Source: the human T2T-CHM13v2.0 reference genome, Homo sapiens | Length of the DNA stretch: 64,000 bases | Reading direction: 5' to 3' (one strand) | Assembly (NCBI RefSeq): GCF_009914755.1 | Contig: NC_060932.1 | Shown here: positions 52,289-64,000 of the stretch, piece after piece | How positions within the stretch are numbered: position 1 is the stretch's first letter | Layout of the letters: each line of letters begins with the position of its first letter | The notes under the pieces: model-generated | Told to the model about the DNA's origin: nothing | What the model saw: only the letters and a program-made list of their open reading frames with translations | Database searches by the model: none | Made by a program: the position numbers and the translations under genes

Positions 52289-53899
52289 AATGGCGATCAT
52301 TAAAAAGTCAGGAAACAACAGGTGCTGGAGAGGATGTGGAGAAATAGGAACACTTTTACACTGTTGGTGGGACTGTAAACTAGTTCAACCACTGTGGAAG
52401 TCAGTGTGGTGATTCCTCAGGGATCTAGAAGTAGAAATACCATTTGACCCAGCCATCCCATTACTGGGTATATACCCAAAGGATTATAAATCATGCTGCT
52501 ATAAAGACACATGCAGACATATGTTTATTGCGGCACTATTCACAATAGCAAAGACTTGGAACCAACCCAAATGTCCAACAATGATAGACTGGATTAAGAA
52601 AATGTGGCACATATACACCATGGATTACTATGCAGCCATAAAAAATGATGAGTTCATGTCCTTTGTAGGGACATGGATGAAGCTGGAAACCATCATTCTC
52701 AGCAAACTATCGCAAGGACAAAAAACCAAACACCACATGTTCTCACTCGTAGGTGGGAATCGAACAATGAGAACACACGGACACAGGAAGGAGAACATCA
52801 CACATCAGGGCCTGTTGTGGGGTCGGGAGAGTGGGGAGGGATAGCATTAGGAGATGTACCTAATGTTAAATGACGAGTTAATGGGTGCACCACACCAACA
52901 TGGCACATGTGTATATATGTAACAAATCTGCACATTGTGGACATGTACACTGAAACTTAAAGTATAATAAAAAGAAAAAAAAAGAGTATGGGTGCTTCTG
53001 GGAGGATGAGCCTAAGAGGATGAGCAGACAGGAGGTTTGAGAAAGGAAATGATAACTTGGTCTCTGTTAAGCCCAAAGAAAGCAGAGACTCAAGAGGCTG
53101 GCATGGGAGAGAGCCTGGGCTGGAACACAATATCACCCAGGGGAGCGAAGTCCTCCCTTCAAGACTTCTAGCAGCCCAGTTCTGTTTATACAGGTATAAA
53201 AATATAAAAGGAAGAGAGTTTTAACAAGTGATTTCAAAATAGAATACTTATTCTATTTTAAAAATACTGATTGGCAGGTAATTTTAAGAATTCTTTAAAG
53301 CTAAATGTTAAATTAAAAAAGCAAGTTATGAAATGATATGTACAGTATGAGACTATTTGTGGGAAAGATGCCAAATCAGTTTTATTTTTACTGGCAGATA
53401 CACATGAAGTAATCATGGTTATCTAGGGAAAGTGCTGTTTTATTGAGGTAAAATGGGGGAATTTTATTTTGTTTTATTGAATTTTTTTCAGTGATGATGT
53501 ATTCATTTTTTAAAGTAAAATGCAATTTTTTATAAGTCTTACATATTACCTCACATAGTTTTCAGTTGTCTCTTTCCACACTTCCTGCTCTTTAAGCAGT
53601 AATACATACTCCCAAAGAAGGCCTCTTATGATTCTGGAGAAGTATTACTGGATCTTCCAGATTTATTAAAAATTACATTGACTCTGGTCTGATTTACTTA
53701 TGTAGAGACTTAACTTTTTCAAACCCTTGTTGTTATGTTCAGCTGTATTATTCTTTGAAGAGATTTTTTGGGCTGGCCAGGAAAGTTAACGTTTCTGTGA
53801 AGAAATGTATTGTGAATATTAGATATTGACTTGTGAGCAAACATGTGAGAATAAAATATGTATGTAAGTTGGGGAAAAAAAAGTGATTTCACTCTCTTT

Positions 53900-54080
53900 A
53901 CAATCTCAGGTGTCTGATTCTGCCTCAAGCAGTGTGGAGCTGGGCAAATCGCCCACGTTTCCAAGCCTTAGCCTCCTCACTCACCAAGTAGAAGTGGTAG
54001 TCTTGCCTGCCATGACTACCTCTGAAGGTGGCAAGGGAAAAAAACACGGCAATGAACACAGAAAGGATTTGTATAAAGCA
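53900..54080 (+). mobile_element. MIR fragment
   Basis: GCAGTGTGGAGCTGGGCAAATC...AAGCCTTAGCCTCCTCACTC...GTATAAAGCA. Confidence 0.55.
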
Positions 54081-54082
54081 GG

Positions 54083-54539
54083 TATGGCAAACAGAATAAT
54101 GGCCCCTCAAAGACTTCCATATTCTAATCCCCAGAACCTGTGACTATGTTGCCTCACACGTGAAAGGTACTTTGCAGATGTGATTATGTTAAAGATTTGT
54201 GGATGGGGAGTTAACCAGGTGGGCCCAAAGCAATCACAGGAGTCCTTATTAGGGAAAGAAAGAGGCAGGAGGGTCAGAGTTAGAGAGTAGTGTTGGGCTG
54301 CTGAATATGGGAGGAAGGGGCCACAAGCCACGGAACGCAGGCAGCCTATAGAAGCTGGAAAAGGCAAGTAAGATATTCTGCCCTGGAGCCTCCAGAAGAA
54401 ATGAAATCCTGCTGACAACTTGATTTTAGGCAGGTAAGACCCATTTTGCACTTATGACCTGCAGAACCATAATAAATGTGTGTTTTAAGCCACCAAGTTT
54501 GGGGTAAATTGTTAACAGCAGCAATAGGAATTAGAAATA
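54083..54539 (+). mobile_element. MLT1D-like MaLR solo LTR
   Basis: CAGAATAATGGCCCCTCAAAGA...CTAATCCCCAGAACCTGTGA...TAGAAGCTGGAAAAGGCAAG...TTTTAAGCCACCAAGTTT...GCAGCAATAGGAA. Confidence 0.88.
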
Positions 54540-57500
54540 GGCTTGAGTTTGTAGAGATGCAAAAGTAAGCCACTAATAGAAACTTCGATGTTTGCCGTCC
54601 CTTTGTGTTTTGGGAGGGGCTGTAGGAACATACTAATTTGCATGGCTGCCTCAAAGCCCACCTCTGCCAGGAGCTAGACAGCTGCTGGTGATTTCCTTCA
54701 GCTATTTGTTGGCTGGAAGACACAAAAAGACTCAATTAAGGCAGTTTCACTGAAAGCAAAAGTCATCCGCGGTATTGCCTCTGCTTTAATACACACAGGC
54801 CTGTTAGAACTCAGCTCACATAAATTTTCCGTGCTAAGCCAGCATTAGCCGCCAAAGGCCCAAGAGCCAATCACAACAAATGATTCTGTGAATCTATGTT
54901 CTCTGAAATGCATGGTGTATCTTTTTACTCATAGGAATATATTTGGAATTGTTATTAACAGGAATATATTTCTAAAGTAGGTTTAGTTGGTTCTTTCAGC
55001 ATCTATCAGGGATCAGTGATAATAACCACCTTTTGTTTGTTTGTTTTAAACAAAGCAGGGGGTAGAAAACTTGCTTTGCTGGTAGTTTTAGATTCCTAGA
55101 GCAGTTTGGCTAGCAGGAGCATCTTGGAAGCTTAGATTCCCAAGCTTACTAAGGCTTTAGACCACACTTGTATCTGAAGCGGAAGTATAAATACAGCATG
55201 TGATTCTAGTGGCGAACGAGGGTGAAAAGATAGAATGAGCTATACCTGGATGGTTCAAGGATTGACCACCAACTGCAGGAGTCATAGATACACAATCTTA
55301 TGAGCAAATGCATTGGATATTTGAGGCATCATTGTACTAAACACCTTCTTTCTACCTGAGTTATGAAAAACTAAACTGTTGTGAATCACATCCTCATCAG
55401 CTACTACCCTGAGGAACCCAAAGAATCAAATGTTAATAAAAGAGAAAAGAAACAGAGAGCAGCTCTCAAACTTAGGGAGGGAAATGAAACCCTCTGTCTT
55501 CCTTTTAAAATAAATGTGTAATGAATGACTCATAGGAGTTTGATTTCTGTAGAAACACCACCTTTGGCAGTTGCTCATTGACCTTACACTGTTGAGGAGC
55601 TTGTCAAATTGAAAATGATGAACTCCTTAGCCAAGGGAGGGAAAACAACTTCAGTTACTTATTCTCCTTATATGACTAAATCATGCACCTAAATATTGTT
55701 TCTAGAGCTGCAGATAGCACGGCTTGGGACAATAGTTTTAGGAAAAGAGCAGCTAAGTATTTACTCATCAGTCGTAACAAATGCTACATCATTGTCTGAA
55801 ATTCCCACCAAAACTTGAAATATACAGAACTTTGCATTGAAGAGACAGGAATTCTAGATCTTACTCACACAAAGCAATCAGTACTTTACTCAGGAAACGT
55901 CATAATATTTCATCAAGTAGAAATTTTATAAGGGGGGGAATTCAATGTACTGAATCAACTAAGAAGAATAAATATAGAAATTAACTCCTGGCACATCCTT
56001 TGTTCCAGGCTGTTATACATTGTATTACAATTGCCCCTACTGAATGGCTTCTGAAAGAATTTCTTGCATAATGGCATTTTAGTAATCGCTGTAATGTCAA
56101 CAAACAAGGCAGATTAATGCTTCCAGTCCTGAGCTGTCTTGCTGTCTGCTTATGAGAATTGTAGTCAGATCTTCATTAGAATGAATGACATCTGATTCCA
56201 TAAGGCAGACACAACAGAGGCACCTTCTTGCTATGGTGTCACCCTGCAGATGACAATGTAGGCCATTATGAATGACACTCCACAATTCGTTACTTCCTGC
56301 CTTAAATTGTAGTTAATCTTTCATCCAAACTGTACACATGTGCAGCTTTAAGTGGCCTATCACAGCGAGTACCCAGTAATGCTGCAAGCACATGGAGACT
56401 GACAGAAGGTAAATTGCTTGTCAGGAGGTCTGTATTTCAATTCACAGCATATTCCAAACAAGTCGTGGTGAAAGCATGCCACAACAGCTGCTTTCATTGC
56501 TAACTATTTTTGATGTAAATGTCAATAAAGCTCCAGGCCCTTTCATATTTTTGGCCAAGAATGTCCATCTTTCCCTATGCAGGCTGGCAGGTGGAGTTCC
56601 ATTTATCTACTCTTAGGAACATGTCCTATAATAATGATTGTCTCTGGAGACCGTTTAGAGTGATTGAGAGCAGTGATTGGGACAATAGGCTGCTGAATTT
56701 CATTGCTGGAGTGGGTTGACAGGTGACTGCTTTTATACCCTCTCATCTGGTGCAGAAGGAAATAAAACACACACTTCCATCCAGTCCACAGGCAATCCCC
56801 TCCAGGTTGAAGATCTACACCTACAGTTCACTGCATTTATCAGAAAAAAATGAGACTCACGCTTATTAAACAACCTTAAAGTCCCCAACAGATCTAGTGT
56901 TTTTAAAGAGACAGTAGCAGCATTTGTTTTCTGTGGAATTACAGATAGGAGAATTAAGCAAACAATTTTGAATGGGATGTGTATGCCTTTGAGGACCTTT
57001 CTCCTTCTCCTTGCAAATGGCCCTTTTGGGATGCCAGCTGTTCACACTCTATAGCAAACTCTCTCTTTTAACTAATGCTCTGAGGAAGATGACTGAAGCT
57101 TGACCTTTAGCAGCTGAAACTAGCAGATATATTAAAAATCAATTCAAGGATGCCACTTTTGAACACATTTGCACTCATGTCAGTATGTGACAGCAGTGAC
57201 TAAGTTTTATTTTTTTCAGCATAGAGTAAAACCTTATACCCACTGTTATGCACATTTATTGAGCATCTACTATAGGCAAAATATTATATTATATGCTAGG
57301 GTTAAGGATACCAACTAGAATTAGACAAGCACTCACAAAAAGGCAGCCTTTCAAAGAGAATAACCTGGAGCAAATAAAGTGTAAGTATAACTTGTATTAT
57401 ATTTACATTTTATATTCATTTATATTATGTGTTAATAATGTACACAATATATTATATTAGTATTACAGATAAAACTTGTAATTAATATTAGGAGAGCCTG

Positions 57501-57569
57501 CCCTTTTTTTCCTACTGATATAAAAATGTGATTTTAAAGGTTGGATACTACTGATCTCAAGAAAGGAAT

Positions 57570-57860
57570 ATGGGCTTTGGAGTTTGATCTGTTTTCAATC
57601 CAGTCTCTACCACTTATTACCCTACTAGCCTTAGGAGGGTTAAATAACTTAAATTTATTTAGCCTCAGTCTCTTTACATGTTAACTAATAATAGTTAACA
57701 TGTCTTGAGCATTTACTATGCATCTCTCCTTTGCAATATTTAATGTGATCCTTTCAAAAGCCCTTGAACTTGAGTGTTTTTATCGTCTCACAACATAACT
57801 TGGCTAGTAAATGGATTCAGGACTGGAACATGTGAAGCCAGTTTCTAGAACCTGCATTTT
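57570..57860. mobile_element. Two oppositely oriented MIR fragments (+ ~57570-57687; - ~57692-57860)
   Basis: + strand: TGGGCTTTGGAG...AATCCAGTCTCTACCACTTATTA...AGCCTCAGTCTCTTTACATG. - strand: TTGAGCATTTACTATG...CATAACTTGGCTAGTAAATGG. Confidence 0.65.
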
Positions 57861-58224
57861 AAATTACTGCCTTAAATTACTTTTAACATGATAATAATAC
57901 CTCACAGCATTACTGTGTGTCCAAAACTTAGTTATGCTGAATAAAAGTTTATTTGCTTCTCCTTGAAATTCAATCAGTAACCTAGGAGAAATACCCAGAA
58001 AGTTGTTGAAAATTAGAGAGTATAGCACCTGATTCTCACTTATGAGATCTGAGTGCTTTTCACAGGGCTTGAAGGAGGAGAAAGAGATAGGTATTATAGG
58101 GGGATTGTAAGCCCAGACGGCTGCAAAGCACAAAAATGAAGAGAAAGCAGATAATGGGCTATTCAGGGACTAGTGAGCCATCTAGTGTCACTACAAAGGG
58201 GATGTCTTGCAGCCTGGTGGGACT

Positions 58225-58410
58225 GGACATTGAGATTTGAAGGCAGATCAACGTGGACTTAAATCTCTTGGCTACTTGCTAGCCATGTGACTTACCTGAT
58301 GTGTGCTTTTCTTGGAAAATAAAAAGTATCTCAGAGCATGATGAGGATTAAGTAGAATAGTATGTGAAAAAGCACTAATGACTTCAAAAGCGCTGTACAA
58401 ATGTAAGGTG
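58225..58410 (+). mobile_element. MIR fragment
   Basis: CTACTTGCTAGCCATGTGACTT...GAGGATTAAGTAGAATAGTATGTGAAAAAGCAC...AAGCGCTGTACAAATGTAAGG. Confidence 0.65.
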
Positions 58411-58434
58411 ACGTATAAGATATTTGTGTAACTT

Positions 58435-58556
58435 TATCAACTCTGGAGAGATGTAAACTCCTGAAGATCAAAATCAAGTCAGTGCTACATCACTTAGTGC
58501 CTAGCACAGTGTCTTGCACCCAGTAAGTACTAAGTAAATACATGCTGAATGAATAA
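58435..58556 (+). mobile_element. L2 3' end
   Basis: TAGTGCCTAGCACAGTGTCTTGCACCCAGTAAGTACTAAGTAAATACATGCTGAATGAATAAAT. Confidence 0.8.
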
Positions 58557-59294
58557 ATATCAGGTTAAATAATTCTATATATTATTCTTTCCACATTATG
58601 GAAAAAGATGTGTTCAATGCTAGAAGCCCATGATTTGATCTGTATTAAATTACATGTGCTATGATTAAATAAATAAGATTCTAATAGACATCTCTTATTC
58701 TATTCATTTACCTTTTACCAAGCATGTCTTATGTAAAGCATTATGTGGTGGAAGTTTCATGAACGCACTCCTTATCAATGTCTTAGGGATGGAAAGCATC
58801 ATGAGATAATACCCTTCTTGCCCCCGGAACCACATCTGGCTCCTGGCAGTCTTCTCAGGCAGCTCCATGAGCAGCTGTGCAGCTGAGGCCACCCTGAAGA
58901 AGAGTTCTGATGTCTAGGGGGTTTCTGGCTTTTTATTTGATAGAAATTACTAGATTTGTTTAAAATACAACAAAATCTAGCTATATACCATTTACGAGTG
59001 ACACAATTTCAAAATGACAAAATATTTGAAAATTAAATGATAAAGATTTATCAGATAAATTCCAACAAAAAAATATCATCACTATATATACATTAAGTGG
59101 TATTTAGGTAGTGCATTACCTTCCCTAACCACTACCCTAAAGTTGTTGTGTATTTTTAATGGCCTTAATTTCATATTTTTACTACTTATATATGTATGTA
59201 TTCAAAATTATGAAGTATTTTTGTGTTTAAAATTTTGCATAAATAGTATCATACTGTATCATTCTAATTCTTAATTTTGTCTTCACACTTTTAA

Positions 59295-62220
59295 GTTTTT
59301 TATTTTTTATTTTATCTTTATATGTAATCTTTTTTTTTTTTTTTTTTTGTCTGAGACCGAGTCTCGCTGTCACCCAGGCTGGAGTGCAGTGGTGCGATCT
59401 CGGCTCACTGCAGGCTCCGCCCCCCGGGGTTCATGCCATTCTCCTGCCTCAGCCTCCCAAGTAGCTGGGACTACAGGCGCCCGCCACCTCGCCCGGCTAA
59501 TTTTTTGTATTTTTAGTAGAGACGGGGTTTCACTGTGTTAGCCAGGATGGTCTCGATCTCCTGACCTCGTGATCCACCCGCCTCAGCCTCCCAAAGTGCT
59601 GGGATTACAAGCATGAGCCACCGCACCCGGCCTTTATATGTAATTTTTATTGACAAATAAATATTGTATATATTTATGGTGTGCAATATAATGTTTTAAT
59701 ACATGTCTACATTGTGGAATAGCTAAATCAGGCTAATTAACATATTTATTATCTCACATACTTACCATTTGTGTGTGTGTGGTGAGGACACTTGAAATCT
59801 ACTCTCGGCAATTTTCGAGTATACATTGTTGTTAACTATAGTCACCATGTTGTACAGTAGATCTCTTGACCTTATTCCTCACATGTTGTACAGTAGATCT
59901 CTTGACCTTATTCCTCCTGTCTGAAATTTTATATTCTTTGGCCGACATCTCCCTAGTCTTACTCATCCTCCCCAAAGCCCCTGATAACAGCTATTCTACT
60001 GCCTGCTTCTGTGAGTTTGACATTGCTCAGATTCCGCATGTAAGTGACATCATGCAATATTTCTCTTTCTGTGCCTGACTTCTTTCACCTCACATAATGT
60101 CTTCCAGGTCTATTTACACTGTCCCAAGTGACAGGACTTTCTTCTTTTTTTAGGACTGAACAGTACTCCATTGTGTGTTTATTGCACATTTTCTTTACCC
60201 ATTCATCTGTTGATAGACATTTAAGTTGATCCCATATATGAACACAGGAGTGCAGGTATCTCTCTAACATAATTATTTCGTATTCTTTGGCTATATGGCT
60301 AGTAGAGGGATTGCTGAATCATATGGTAGTTATATGTTTAACTTTTTGTAAAATCTTTATACTGTTTTCCACAATGATGTACTAATTTACATCCTCAGTA
60401 TACAAGGATTCTCATTTATACACATCTTTATCAAAACTTAGTGTCTTGTTGAAAATAGCCATCTTAACAGCTGTGAGGCGATAGCTCATTGTGGTTTTAA
60501 TTTGCATTTCCCTATTAGTGATGTTGAGCATTTTTTCATATACCTACTGTCTCTTTGTATGTTTTCTTTTGAGAAATGTTTATTCAGTTCCTTTGCCAAT
60601 TTTTAAATCAGGTTGTTTTCTTGCTGCTGAATTGTTTGAGTTACTTGTATGTTTTGTATATTAACCCCTCATCGGATTATGATGTGCAAATATTTTCTTT
60701 TATTCTGTTGGTTGTCTCTTTACTCTGTTGATTGTTTCCTTTGCGGTGCAGAAGCTTTTTAGTTTGATACAATCTCATTTATCTATTTTTGCTTTTGTTG
60801 CCTGTGCTTTTGAGGTCAGGTTGAAAAAAAAATCATAGCCCAGACCATTGTCATGAAGTTTTTCCTGTATGTCTTCTAGCAGCTTTACAGTGTCAGGTCT
60901 TACATTTAAGTCTACAATCCATTTTCAGTTAATTTTTGTATATGGTGTAAGATAAGGGTCTATTTTCATTATTCTGCAATGTAGTTGTCCCAATATCTTT
61001 ATAGAAGACGTTTTTTTGCCACATTGTGTATTCTTGGAATCCTTGTCAAAAAAATCAACTGCCTGCATATGCATGAATTTATTTGTAGACTCTCACTTCC
61101 ATCAGTCTGTGTGTGTCTTTATACACAACACTATGCTGTTTCTTTATATATCAGTACCATGCTGATTTGATTAGTATAGCTTTGTAGTATATTTTGAAAT
61201 CAGGTAGTGTGATGCTTCCAACTTTATTTTTGCTCAAGATAGCTTTGGCTCGTTGGGGTCTCTTGTGGTTCCGTATAAATTTTAGGATTGCCTTTTCTAT
61301 TTCTATGAAAAATGTCATTGAAATTTTTATAGAGATGGCATTGAATCTGTAGAACACTTTGAGTCACAAGGACATTTTAACAATGTTAATTCTTCCAATA
61401 CACAGACACAGGATATATTTCTATTTGTTTCTTCTTCCATTTCTTTTATCATTGTTTTACAGTTTTCAGTGTATAGATATTTTGCCTCTTTGGTTATATT
61501 TATTCCTAAATATTTTAATTTTTTCTAACTATTGTGAATAGGATTATACTCTTGATTTTGGGAGCATAGTTTGTTGTTATTGTATAGAAATGCTGCTAAT
61601 TTTTGTGTGTTGATTTTATATCCTGCAGTTTTACTGAATTTGCTTATTCAACAGGTTTTTTTTGGTGGAGTCTTTAATTTTCTAATAAATTATTTCATCT
61701 GTAACAGGCAATTTAGCATCTTTCTTTCCTATTTAAATGGCTTTTTCTTTTGTCCTCTTTTTTTTTAATTAAATTGCTCTGGCTAGGACTTCGTGGCAAA
61801 AGTAGGACTCCTTATCTTGTTTGTGATCTTTGAAGAAGACCTTTCAGTTTTTCATTGTTGAGTAGAATGTTAGCTATTGGCTTGTGATATATAGCCTTTA
61901 TTGTTTTTAGGTATGTTCCTTTTATGCCTAATTTGTTGAGTTTTTATTTTGGCAGGCTGCTGAATATTGTCAAATGGCTTTTCTACATCCATTGAGATGA
62001 TCGTATAATTTCTGTTCTTCATTCTTTTAATGTGGTATATCACATCTATTGATTTTGTAAGTTGAAATATTCCTGCATTCCAGGGATAAATTTCACTGGA
62101 TCATAGGGAATGATTCTTTTAGTGTGTTGTTGAATTTGGTTTTCTAGAATTTTGTTGAATTTTTGCATCTATATTCATCAAGAATATTGACCTGTCCATT
62201 TTTTTTTGGTATTGTATTTG
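59295..62220 (-). mobile_element. L1MA-type LINE-1 (3' UTR and ORF2) with an Alu in its tail
   Basis: ORF 61151..61357 (-) [26 protein letters not shown]...[12 protein letters not shown]; L1MA-type 3' UTR. Confidence 0.92.
59329..59632 (-). mobile_element. AluY, Ye5-lineage type
   Basis: Reverse complement has GGGCGAGGTGG, GAACCCCGGGGGGCGGAGCCTGCAG and GACAGCGAGAC. TSD TTTATATGTAAT (59317-59328 / 59633-59644). Confidence 0.9.
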
Positions 62221-63770
62221 TTAGCTTTTGTTCCTATAGATATGAGTTACCAGCTGGTATAATTTCTTTATTGCAATACACCTTTGCTCCAACTACTTCC
62301 TAGGTATAATATATTTTTAAATATATTGGGTTTTTAAATATGTTATGGCTCAACAATACATATAATTATATACAAAATTATGTACATATTGTTTTAAGCA
62401 ATTTATTTTAAATTATTTAAAGACATAAAGGAGGATAAATATTCATTATTACTCTTTTATAAACACATAATTATCTTTGCCAGTGCTTTTTAAATGTGAA
62501 TTGGAATTATTTTCTATTGTAACTTGCTCTTGGTCTAAAAAATTCCTTTAGTATCTCTTACAGTGAGTTTGCTAGCATGAAATATCTGTTTCTGTTTATT
62601 TGAAATGTCTTTGTTTTACTTTCTTTTTTCTTTTTTGAGACGGAGTCTCGCTCTATCGCCCAGGCTGGAGTGCAGTGGTGCGATCTCGGCTCACTGCAAG
62701 CTCTGCCTCCCGGATTCATGCCATTCTCCTGCCTCAGCCTCTCTGAGCAGCTGGGACTATAGGCGCCCGCCACCACACTCGGCTAATTTTTTGTATTTTC
62801 AGTAGAGACAGGGTTTCACCATGGTCTTGATCTCCTGACCTCATGATCTGCCTGCCTCGGTCTCCCAAAGTTCTGGGATTACAAGTGTGAGCCACTGCAC
62901 CCGGCCTGTTTTACTTTCTTAAGATTAGCTTTGCTGAACGTATTATTCTTACTTGACAAGTTTTCTCTTCTCTCAGCACTTTGAACATTGTCATCCCACT
63001 GCCTTCTGTCTTCCATAGTTTTTGATGATATGTCAGTGGTTAAACTTACTGAAGCTTCCTTGTGCATGAGGAGAGTTTTCTTTCTGCTTTCAAGATTTGC
63101 TATTTTTAGGTCTGAGGGTGAGGACAGCAGCATATCTCTTTCAGAATAATGCCTGTGCTTTACAAGTGTTGCATTGAGTTAGGGTGTCCCTGGTCTTCTC
63201 TGTTTGCCTCTCCAGGCATGGTATCTGGGTTCTATGAGTGAACTGGAACAATGATGATCAGGGCCTAGTATCCATGACCTGACATACCTAGAGTAATGTT
63301 TTACCCTGCAATTTAAGACTCAGTAGAGGGGAAAGCTGAGCTATATCAGCCATACTTAACTGGCTTACAGTTTCAGCAAGATGGAGTATGAGGAATAAGA
63401 AATCCTGTTGGCCTACCCCTTCTGGGGAGAAATTATTGTCATAGATTGGGACCTGGGGTGGAAAAGAACCTCATCTTCTTGGCCACACCAGTCACGAGTA
63501 AATAATCCATCATTTTGAGCTGTGTAGTTGGGGGAAGGAGGGTAGGTCATACCTGAAGTGGTAAAAACTCTCGTGGGCCTTAACAAGATTTAGTAGATTT
63601 TCTTGAATATGTTTTTCTCCATTTTCTGTAAACCCTTAACATAATTTCTAGACACTGTAAGTTGTGTGTTCGCTTTTACAAATAATCCTTTGAGCAATTA
63701 TGGTTATTTTGCTGTTTGCTGCAGAGAGGGTCCATAAAGTTCTTCATATTACCATTCTGGAAGTGCTTCC
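62221..63770 (-). mobile_element. Older L1M (L1MC/MD-like) 5' region: ORF1 relic and 5' UTR
   Basis: ORF 62879..63133 (-) SLTTDISSKTMEDRRQWD resembles L1 ORF1 (LTADFSSETMEARRQW); ends TACCATTCTGGAAGT (reverse L1M 5' terminus). Confidence 0.75.
62626..62906 (-). mobile_element. AluY with a 12-bp left-arm deletion (Yd/Yc3-type lineage)
   Basis: Reverse complement GAGATCAAGACCATGGTGAAACCC lacks TCCTGGCTAACA and has an extra A in CTCAGAGAGGCTG. TSD TGTTTTACTTTCTT (62612-62625 / 62907-62920). Confidence 0.88.
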
Positions 63771-63774
63771 AGAT

Positions 63775-64000
63775 ATTTTTATGATAAAATGTAACATACA
63801 GACAAATACATTAAAATGTGTTCATAAATCACAATTTTAGAAGATTTTCATCATCACAGGAGTTTCCATTATGCCCTGATTTCTGGCATTTTAGTCTTCT
63901 CCATCCGTGGCCCTCACAAACCACTGTTTTGCCTTCTATCACTGTAGATTAGTTTTGACTGTGATTGAATTTTACGTAAGTGAAACTCATAATGTATTTT
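63775..64000 (-). mobile_element. L1ME/MD-type 3' UTR fragment, continues beyond the window
   Basis: AACCACTGTTTTGCCTTCTATCACTGTAGATTAGTTTTG. Confidence 0.6.

Noticed and set aside
57337-57510. Imperfect inverted repeats around an AT-rich core as a new MITE
   Set aside because: Arms are short and mismatched with no TSD, and AT-rich DNA self-matches easily.
59846-59916. 35-bp direct repeats as a CRISPR-like array
   Set aside because: Only two adjacent copies, no spacers, inside an L1 in primate DNA.

Overview
This is primate (great-ape/human-like) nuclear DNA: AT-rich, CpG-depleted and mostly made of interspersed repeats. These include L1 LINEs of several ages, about 15 Alu pieces (including an AluYe5-type and an AluYd/Yc3-type copy), MIR and L2 relics, a MER1A hAT transposon, several solo LTRs and a decayed MLT2/ERVL provirus (37544-42322). 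I found no intact cellular protein-coding gene, RNA gene or CRISPR array, and no new biological system. The long ORFs are retroelement remnants (L1 ORF2 at 50382-52288, ERVL gag/pol fragments) and the other ORFs look like chance. The most notable observations are structural: a 38-bp templated insertion copied from 1.65 kb away at an L1 deletion junction, several fold-back scars, a ~540-bp unexplained insert inside an L1MB, a twin-primed 5'-inverted L1PA, a possible micro 3' transduction, Alus inserted at another Alu's target site, and a few candidate exons including an 18-nt microexon-like unit. Subfamily names come from remembered consensus features, not a database search. Boundaries of old repeats are approximate; target-site duplication (TSD) coordinates were read from the sequence.
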